Below, piece after piece: positions 57,701 through 64,000 of a stretch of DNA of 64,000 bases; position 1 is the first letter of the stretch, and the number at the start of each line of letters is the position of its first letter. The stretch is from Flectonema sp. DT1601. Taxonomy: Eukaryota. A model generated the notes under the pieces. The model worked only from the letters and a program-made list of their open reading frames with translations. It did not search any database and was not told the origin of the DNA. Location of the stretch: positions 682,001 to 746,000 of the forward strand of contig OZ025789.1 in the NCBI GenBank assembly GCA_964019425.1. Direction: 5' to 3'. Both the position numbers and the translations under genes were made by a program.

Positions 57701-58665
57701 TTCCGAAGTCCGCGAACCCTGCGGTGGACAAAGAAAAATTCATGTCGTACATTGGAACGTTACCTCCTGTCGACATGGTAATCAACTGCGATGGTTCTTA
57801 CTCTGCTTCCGGCGCGGCCGGTGCGGCTCATATTGCCAAGTCACGTAGCGGCCTTCGATCTGCATACGCGTCTAGGCTTTATCAAGCTGACTGCAGCTAT
57901 AGGACTGAACAACATGCTCTGAAGAACGCGGCTAGACATCTGAAAACGGTGTTTAGCAAAGATACTTCAATGAAATCTGTGAGGATATTCACGGACTCAA
58001 AATCCCTTCTGGATGAACTGCTGGGTGGAAGGTGCAGACAGAAGAATACTGAGTCCTTGAAGATACTGGAATACCTGCGCATGTGTGAAATGAAAGTGCA
58101 TTTGCAATTCATCCCCTCGCACATTGGAATCGAGTTTCACGATGAAGTTGACGCGCTTGCAAAGGAAGCAGCGCACAACAAGAACATCCGACCTGTGCTA
58201 GTCAAAGGCACTTACTTCTCGCGATCATCACATGTTAAGCGCTGCATCAAAAAGGATCTGCTTAACGTGAGTGGTTACACCTGCTACAAACACCTCATCA
58301 GAGGCCGTTCCGTTAAATACCCTCCTGGGATGGAAAGAGCCGACGAGATACGGATAGCGAACTTCCGGACAGGATGTCACCCGCTAATTCAGAACTGGCG
58401 CAAGACGATCGACTGCCCATTTTGTGGCGAACCGTCCTCACAGGTTCACCTGCTGCAGGGATGTCAATCTCCCAAACTCGACTCTGCCAGGTTCAAAATC
58501 CTGGGCTTCTCAACACTGACCGGCAAGTGGGATCGCGATCGAGAACTTATTATTGCCAACGAAATTCCTAACCTTGAAGCTCTCTTCACTTTGGCGTGGC
58601 TTCCATCACTCGCGTTGATCATAAGGTGGATGGAACAAACATCTAACCTTAGACTTTGGAAGTAA
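54754..58665 (+). CDS. Non-LTR ORF2 polyprotein: 2A peptide, AP endonuclease, reverse transcriptase, RNase H, CCHC finger
   Basis: APE: SWNCRS, LQETW, GDFNAHH, SPDV, SDHRP. RT: KAAGPDG, FRPITLTS, QAGFR, DFTAAFD, GVPQGSILGP, YADD, KYLGV. RNase H: NCDGS, E, FTDS, IPSHIG, D. Zinc finger: CPFC..H..C. No stops over 1300 codons. Confidence 0.95.
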   Translation, partial: LDDDEDELNPTNSLVEKDTARELLLKAGDVERNPGPDNSLISLLSWNCRSMGNKGAYIHKLLNAYAPDVLCLQETWTNDVISHTDYFTYRNDRATRGGGVISMVKKCHTQQRLNMELPPHLNDVEVVKVNIGGKIDIINVYAPPGCMIRESDLPVSTKAIVAGDFNAHHPVWSLKSTRAGSTLHEWAAQNDLLVANKMGSITRPFPDVPGGGTSPDVVFFSNSMVLEEFSAIEEDNKHGSDHRPLYTVLDPMCQLARATIGSKKRVVWDFKSTDWNCFGTMLEKRIRKSRLSDDATANAKLFNNILHEVAAKFIRRRLLFKGKRRRKWKTSTPDSTKSKGVHLRDQLDKGNNFAFAFKKIKELQQDAGKDISVNNISDCDLPSAFLDLFVSKSEILSLEAPALSEGDNEIDICCDFTMAEIKAAIKNLKTRKAAGPDGVHNEMIKNFTPATVEYLLRIINTSWKTSKVPYQWKQGLIKPMFKAGKPRNELKSFRPITLTSVVGKLAERLVYDRLMHWLTKHSSLSPLQAGFRKGRNTCEQITVLVDAIVRSHMEEKRSVFLSFDFTAAFDRINHKILILKLVKMGVPNVIIRWITDFLTNRKVRVEANGHFSEFRTLAKGVPQGSILGPLLYLIYVDDLCKILELEKETTTSALYADDTACVVSGSNMEEALSNAQLVLDKVDQWCFENDMALSVSKTCALKMNVRSKGIVLNDTCNRELLFSRSVEERMLKLDYGDIEKHINLKSPRPMLQSGETILEIGGIPIKTQEELDNLMLQYVVREDSIMVVRAIFKTAFLLPIVDSVKYLGVHIDDRLTFHKQVGKIHEELKRGISLLQCLQPYELDYKTLNMVKNLYVTARISYALDSFGWLISSSVDSIDFELRKVARLVTGCSKCTPRELLLWESDMYPFKRQIEKQTKIAYYRYKAMTWIPNTNRLASTQSYWAGLIPGTDSQRESQCLVQPDSMEPWISPTNLRISNSCGFPKSANPAVDKEKFMSYIGTLPPVDMVINCDGSYSASGAAGAAHIAKSRSGLRSAYASRLYQADCSYRTEQHALKNAARHLKTVFSKDTSMKSVRIFTDSKSLLDELLGGRCRQKNTESLKILEYLRMCEMKVHLQFIPSHIGIEFHDEVDALAKEAAHNKNIRPVLVKGTYFSRSSHVKRCIKKDLLNVSGYTCYKHLIRGRSVKYPPGMERADEIRIANFRTGCHPLIQNWRKTIDCPFCGEPSSQVHLLQGCQSPKLDSARFKILGFSTLTGKWDRDRELIIANEIPNLEALFTLAWLPSLALIIRWMEQTSNLRLWK
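54811..54861 (+). other. 2A/StopGo ribosomal-skip motif ARELLLKAGDVERNPG|P
   Basis: Exact match to the D(V/I)ExNPGP consensus with an upstream LLLxAG helix. Confidence 0.92.
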
Positions 58666-59176
58666 AGTAGGTGACATGTAGTCGCCAATATCAATTTGTT
58701 ATTATTTTAGTATTTTCATCATTATCAATCATCTCCTGGTTGGGTAACTGCACATCACCTTCGGTGTTGTCGCAGTGTCTCATCCAACACTCCTGTCTCC
58801 TTCTTCTCCTATTCTCCTTATAAATTTCTCTTGAGGGCAGGCCTTCGGGCTGTTCAAGTGGTCTTTGACCACCGCTCTAGTTATATGCTCGATTCTTTGT
58901 TTTTCCTTATCGATGGTAGGAATGGTAACCGAATTAGCTTCATGTGTCCAATTTCAAGGACGCGTGACCATTTATTTTTCCGTTGCCGCTCTTCTTACGT
59001 CCTCAGGCGGAGCCTACCTATGTTTCCCGTGTTTTCCAATTTGTCAGACTTAAGTCAAAAAGAAAGTATAAAAGAAAGACAAAACATAGAAGTGAAAAGA
59101 ACAAAAACAAAGAGTTTGGTAGCACAGACGAGTGTAACCAAAAAAAAAAAAAAAAAAAAACGCAGACCGAAAGGCA

Positions 59177-59248
59177 TCTCCCATGGTGTAGTGGTTAGCA
59201 CTCGGGACTCTGAATCCCGCGACCAGGGTTCGAATCCCTGTGGGAGAA
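59177..59248 (+). tRNA. tRNA-Gln (anticodon CTG)
   Basis: Acceptor TCTCCCA/TGGGAGA, D arm GTGTAGTGGTTAGCAC, anticodon arm CGGGA-CTCTGAA-TCCCG, T arm CAGGG-TTCGAAT-CCCTG, followed by a T6 Pol III terminator. Confidence 0.95.
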
Positions 59249-59871
59249 TTTTTCAATTCTTTTTACAGGGATTCCGTATCACAAGAAGAGCCTCATATTT
59301 CCCTGAACAGCACAAACCTGCTCTGCATTTCTAGAATCTGACAAAGAAATTATTTTACAAAGATAAAAAATCAACTAAGCCTTTTGGCTTAACTCATATT
59401 TTACCAATCACCGCAACAGGCTTTCGATAAAATAACCCTGACAAATGGCACTTAATGCTAACGAATTATTTATTTTTTCTTTCTTTTTCCCAAAGTGGTC
59501 TTCCGCTGTTTTCCCTCATGGTGTTGGGGAAGTGGTTTCGCTATTTTGATTGTTTTGGGACACCTACAAGGCTGGAATTTGTCTGCGTCAGTTAAACGAA
59601 GAACAGGTGGGATCAGAGATTCGGAGCTTCAGTTGGGAATCCTTCACCGAGTTCTAAAATCGAAAGGAGACCACATGGCCAAGCGGTAGTTAGGGCAGTT
59701 AGTTAGTGCATGAATCACCAACGGGGCAAAATGATAAAAACCCCTTCCTTCAGCTGTTGAGCTGACTATGTAGTTAGGGAATGACAGGATCGATAAAAGG
59801 AAGTGCGTAGCAGCTTCTAAGGTCTATGTTGACCAATTTGAACCAAAAAAAAGAACTATCGATGAAAAGCT

Positions 59872-60288
59872 TTAGAATAACGGAATCTGAGACTGAATGA
59901 TCATCACTGCCGTGGCAATAAAGAGAACAGCGATTGCAGCGTTTGTAAACTTTTTTTTTTGTTGCGTAGCTTCCTTTCTCTTCTTCCACTGCTTCGTCTC
60001 TTCCCAAACGAACTCGGAAGAGGTCCAGTCCTCATGTGTGTTTCCCTCAATCTCACCAACAAGAAAATCCTTCATCTTCAACCTGGCTCTCTTGCTGTGC
60101 TTAATTGAAGTCCACTCCTCAGTCGCGTCTTTGCCATTATTCTCCATCAGCACGTCTCTGCCTCCTGGATGATCATTGAGGTACTGCTTGTCAATACAAA
60201 ACACTCTCCCACATACTATTATCCAACAGTCTTGTGATTCTTCACTCAATCTTGTGACTCCTTCCTTCGTATATGTTTTCATTGTCAT
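59872..60288 (-). CDS. Cytochrome b5-like heme-binding protein with C-terminal membrane anchor
   Basis: CWIIVCGRVF, YLNDHPGG, GKDATEEW and KHSKRA, with a hydrophobic tail. Confidence 0.93.
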   Translation of the reverse strand: MTMKTYTKEGVTRLSEESQDCWIIVCGRVFCIDKQYLNDHPGGRDVLMENNGKDATEEWTSIKHSKRARLKMKDFLVGEIEGNTHEDWTSSEFVWEETKQWKKRKEATQQKKKFTNAAIAVLFIATAVMIIQSQIPLF

Positions 60289-60835
60289 TATTAGATGCCT
60301 GTTGAATATAATTTAAACAATCACATTGAGACCTGCGGCACCTAACTATCATCACTATTTCAAGGGCTGTAGCAAAAAAAAAAAATTAATAAACCAACAG
60401 GAAAACGCCTTCCCAGATGTTTATTACAATATTGCAGCATCAGTCGCATACTCCAAATCCAGAAGGACAGGAGAGCACTATTCTGAGCGATAGGTGTAAG
60501 GGGCGAGTGGGAATGGCTTTACGTTTTCATTTCTCATCCCAACAAAATACCGAAAAAGTCATTGCCGGAATTATTTAAGTAATTAATCGATTCTAATTCC
60601 GCACTAGTAATCTCTTCCTTCAACTGAACCACAAACTTCGAAAAGTCCTTCATAAAAGTATTCACAATATTTAGGAACGCGAATAGTGATCAACCCAACT
60701 CACGCTGGGCAGGTCAACTCGTGTAGTAAGGAACAGAGGGGCGGGAAGTGCATGTTTCTCCCAGATACTGTAAATTAGATGACGAAAGCTGCAATGTCAT
60801 TAGTCAGATGGTTCGAAGGATAACATTTTCCAGTG

Positions 60836-63800
60836 CTATTCTCCAGCCTTTGGCATCATACTGGTGGGTCTCGCGTAGTTCTTGCGCAGCATATGCATGT
60901 AGGGTGATGGGACTTTCCGACCAGCAACCAAGAACGTAGGCATCTTTAATTTTGATACCCCACGAGGTTGGATCATATAGGTTTCCTCAACGAGTTCCGT
61001 CGTTGTTGGGGAAATGTGGACCCGTCCGGGGACTCCCCCCGATTCCATGTCTTCGGCAATAGTAACGGATTCTCCCCAGAGGTCGTAAGCTACTTTCTTA
61101 ACACCAATACAACCTGCTACTGCCGGTCCAGTGTGGCACCCGAGACGCATTTGAAGTTCCTTTCTGTCAGGGTGACGTTCATTGTGTTCAGACAGCGCTC
61201 GAAACATCTGAAGACCTGCCTCTACTACTCGGTGCGCGTGGTCAGTGATTGTGTGGTCAAGACCACCAGCCATGAAGTAGGCGTCTCCAATGGTTTTGAT
61301 TTTTTCAATTTCGAGCAGCTCGCCGATGTTGTCAAATTCGATAAAAACCTCATTCAAAAAGGAAACAATCTCAACAGCATTCAGATTACTACTGATGCTT
61401 GTGAAGCCAACGAAATCGGTAAACAGAATTGTAACTGAATTATGCATATCTGCAATTGGGTTTTCACCACTCTTTAGTCTCCTCGATACATTTTCCGGTA
61501 GAATGTTCGCAAGCAGCTTTTCACTTTGCTCAAAGTTCTTCTGAAGTTGCTCCGTATTATCGACTCTTCCAGTTTCAAGGTATTCACTGATTGCAGGTAC
61601 AGACTCCATTACATCTTGTGGTATCATTTTAAGCATTCCCTTTGTTCCGGATTCTTCCTGACTCAAACTTGAAAGCATTTTCCTAAAGACGAGATTGTAC
61701 AATTGAATCAGCGTCAGGAAAGTAATTATAAAAACCGCCTTTGAAATCGCAGAATTATAATCAATCGAATCCGTTGCACTCTCTTCGTACAAGCGACTCG
61801 AATGCGACAGTGTTTCGACAAGCGGTGTAACAACGCTGCGAAGTCTTTCCAAGGTTGTTGTTAACAGAGTGCAAGAATGATAACAATTCTCAGCATGAGA
61901 AAGCAACTCACGAATATCATCTTGCCAAACACGTAATTGTAAGTCCAATGGCATCGTCACTTGATTCAATGGACTTGAGTACACAGACGGCTCAAGTGGA
62001 GAACCCGGAGAAGTACCACACCTGTCAGAGTAGTAAGATTTTAAGATGTCGTTATTCCCATCGAAGTCATCTCCTCCAAAAGTCAAAAAATCCTGTTTTG
62101 AGTTTCCCTGGACGTCGCTGTAGTCGCTGGTGTCGGAGGATCCGAAGTAAAGTTTATTAACATTTTGTGTTATCACTAAAACAGTTTCCTTGAGAGCGCT
62201 GTACGCTATTCCACTGACAACTGAAGTACCGGAGGCGAGGTCATGAGAGAATACCATCGCTCTTGCAACAAGCCATTCTCTTGTAGATGCGAGATTCAGC
62301 CCCGACGCCTCATCGGAAGTCATTCTAACGCTGTATATTCCTATTGCGAATATCGCACAAATAAGTGTTGCGATCACCACCAACGATACTTGACATCTGA
62401 ACAGCAATGAACGAAACAGAGGATTGTCCGTCTGGTGCTTTTGCTTTTTTTCAGCCAGCTCTATCAGGGCGTGAACTAGTAATGACGTGACACCAATGAA
62501 TGTTATTGCGCAACAAACGTATCCAATTGTAGTAAGGGTCACGACCCTATCGTAAACGTTGTCTTCCTTCTGCAGCATGTCGGATTCGATTGTTTGGAGT
62601 GTGGCGTCGATCTCTTTCTGAAATAATTTATTAAACTGGTAGAAAACTTCCAAATACGGAACCGTGAAAGCTACCTCGCGAGCAATGTTTGCACGGTTTT
62701 CAGAATTCATCATATCTCGAGGTTTGCTGGTGTAAACATAAGTACGACAATCATAAACACGATCATCACAGAGAGGTGCGAGGAACATGGTTGCCAACTG
62801 AGCTTCTTCCGTACTAAAGTTCCACGCCGCATGCCTTAAAAACATTGCCGCACCTTGCGAGAGACTCTCATCAGTGTGATCAGGCGTCGCAAGTGATAAT
62901 GAGATCATTTCAAGACTTCGCATTCTCTCCCAATACTTCAGTAATGCCTGCCGCACTCTTTCATATTCTACAGAAGAGCCGCCTTTGTAATATGTGAATT
63001 CTTTATCTGCACTCTGAAAGAAGTCCTTCTTTAAATCTTCAACATATTTATTTAATTGCGAAGGGTTTGGATCAATTGAGTAAAGTTGCGTCTGCCGAAC
63101 TAAATCTGAAGCCTCAGTTAGCGTGTCGTCTGCAAACCGAGTGAAGGCAAAAGCAGTTTCTCTTCGACTGTCGTACGTGCGGATATTACTTCGAAATGAA
63201 TACAACAACAGGACATCAATAAGCACAAGTAAAGTAACGAAGGCATAGACATATCTAACACTACGATATTGAGATAATGTAGGCTTTCGTGAAAGAGAAA
63301 AAATCATCCTCAGCGCCAACAACACAGAAACAATACAGGCAGCAGCGTACAGAAAAATGAAAATGTCGGCGTCTGGAAAAGAGTCGCGTAAAACGGCGAG
63401 GTTCTTAATTGCTTCGTAGTTGGCAAGAACCTCATGCAGGTTTTCTCTAAAAATTCCAGTAAATAATATACTTTGTGCTTGCTTTCTAAGTTGATTAATT
63501 GTGAGTGAATGTGTTTCATCTGATGAGTAATAAGTGTCGCTGGACTTTCTGACATCAGCGTGGTAAAGCAAAACAGTCACAGGATCTGTTTCAGCATGCA
63601 GATACTCATCTGGTGTTGGCCACGTTGCGTCTCTCACGGTTTCTGTTAGAATCGATTCCTGATTGAATGCACGAGTTGCAAGTGAGAGTGACTGCAGTAG
63701 AGAGTTTTTAATCTTTCGCTGTCGCATCTTGCCATGCAGTATTCGATGCATTACTTTAGTATCAGCAGCTGTCTCACGTACCATTGCGTATTCCAATTGC

Positions 63801-64000
63801 TTAATAGTCTCTCTACTAATGTGATCCATTGCTTTTATGTATCCTCGGACATCTCCAAATTGTGAATAGAGTCGAGCAGCTTCCACAGTCTCTAGTGTAA
63901 CTTGCTTCATTCGAGTTGTTACCAATCGAAGGTTCCTCGCTTCGGTGTATGGCCCTCCTAAATCAGATGTTTGGGCAACAATTTCAGAACACGCAAAGCA
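60836..64000 (-). CDS. Multi-TM class III adenylate/guanylate cyclase (5' end beyond the window)
   Basis: ILFTDFVGFT, KIKTIGDAY, RLGCHTGP and YDLWGESV motifs, with repeated TM pairs around helical loops. The frame is open to position 64000. Confidence 0.9.
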   Translation of the reverse strand, partial: CFACSEIVAQTSDLGGPYTEARNLRLVTTRMKQVTLETVEAARLYSQFGDVRGYIKAMDHISRETIKQLEYAMVRETAADTKVMHRILHGKMRQRKIKNSLLQSLSLATRAFNQESILTETVRDATWPTPDEYLHAETDPVTVLLYHADVRKSSDTYYSSDETHSLTINQLRKQAQSILFTGIFRENLHEVLANYEAIKNLAVLRDSFPDADIFIFLYAAACIVSVLLALRMIFSLSRKPTLSQYRSVRYVYAFVTLLVLIDVLLLYSFRSNIRTYDSRRETAFAFTRFADDTLTEASDLVRQTQLYSIDPNPSQLNKYVEDLKKDFFQSADKEFTYYKGGSSVEYERVRQALLKYWERMRSLEMISLSLATPDHTDESLSQGAAMFLRHAAWNFSTEEAQLATMFLAPLCDDRVYDCRTYVYTSKPRDMMNSENRANIAREVAFTVPYLEVFYQFNKLFQKEIDATLQTIESDMLQKEDNVYDRVVTLTTIGYVCCAITFIGVTSLLVHALIELAEKKQKHQTDNPLFRSLLFRCQVSLVVIATLICAIFAIGIYSVRMTSDEASGLNLASTREWLVARAMVFSHDLASGTSVVSGIAYSALKETVLVITQNVNKLYFGSSDTSDYSDVQGNSKQDFLTFGGDDFDGNNDILKSYYSDRCGTSPGSPLEPSVYSSPLNQVTMPLDLQLRVWQDDIRELLSHAENCYHSCTLLTTTLERLRSVVTPLVETLSHSSRLYEESATDSIDYNSAISKAVFIITFLTLIQLYNLVFRKMLSSLSQEESGTKGMLKMIPQDVMESVPAISEYLETGRVDNTEQLQKNFEQSEKLLANILPENVSRRLKSGENPIADMHNSVTILFTDFVGFTSISSNLNAVEIVSFLNEVFIEFDNIGELLEIEKIKTIGDAYFMAGGLDHTITDHAHRVVEAGLQMFRALSEHNERHPDRKELQMRLGCHTGPAVAGCIGVKKVAYDLWGESVTIAEDMESGGVPGRVHISPTTTELVEETYMIQPRGVSKLKMPTFLVAGRKVPSPYMHMLRKNYARPTSMMPKAGE

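Larger units (their letters stand above)
54187..59160 (+). mobile_element. APE-type non-LTR retrotransposon with RNase H (Ingi/L1Tc/I-group-like), apparently intact; 5' boundary uncertain
   Basis: ORF1, 2A, APE, RT, RNaseH and CCHC domains, a ~480-nt 3' region, and an A21 tract at 59140-59160. Confidence 0.88.

Noticed and set aside
58831..59334. 167-aa ORF spanning the LINE 3' region and tRNA
   Set aside because: It runs through the poly-A tract and the tRNA gene and is spurious.

Overview
AT-rich eukaryotic genomic DNA, most likely a euglenozoan (diplonemid-like). This assignment is an inference from a BILBO1-type domain, short GT-AG introns and head-to-tail gene clusters. From 1 to ~45.6 kb, about 20 protein genes all lie on the + strand: a RanBP2 zinc-finger protein, CPA2 antiporter, mucolipin, CAMK-group kinase, MFS transporter, TSNAXIP1-like protein, ankyrin proteins, PhyH dioxygenase, RhoGAP-like protein, BILBO1-N protein, GT61, CTR9, Elongin-B-like protein and others. 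A ~12.5 kb mobile-element cluster follows. It holds a CATAG-ended TIR element, degraded TATE/DIRS-like tyrosine-recombinase retroelements associated with (TTTGCGGG)n telomere-like repeats and carrying ~200-bp internal micro-inversions, and an apparently intact APE-RT-RNaseH non-LTR retrotransposon. A tRNA-Gln(CTG) sits at a convergent strand switch, followed by - strand cytochrome b5 and a multi-TM class III nucleotide cyclase that runs off the window. The most striking observation is in the non-LTR element: its ORF1 and ORF2 are in the same frame, separated by a single UGA in the readthrough context UGA-CUAG, and 35 codons later there is a 2A/StopGo motif (GDVERNPGP). This suggests stacked readthrough plus ribosomal-skip recoding.
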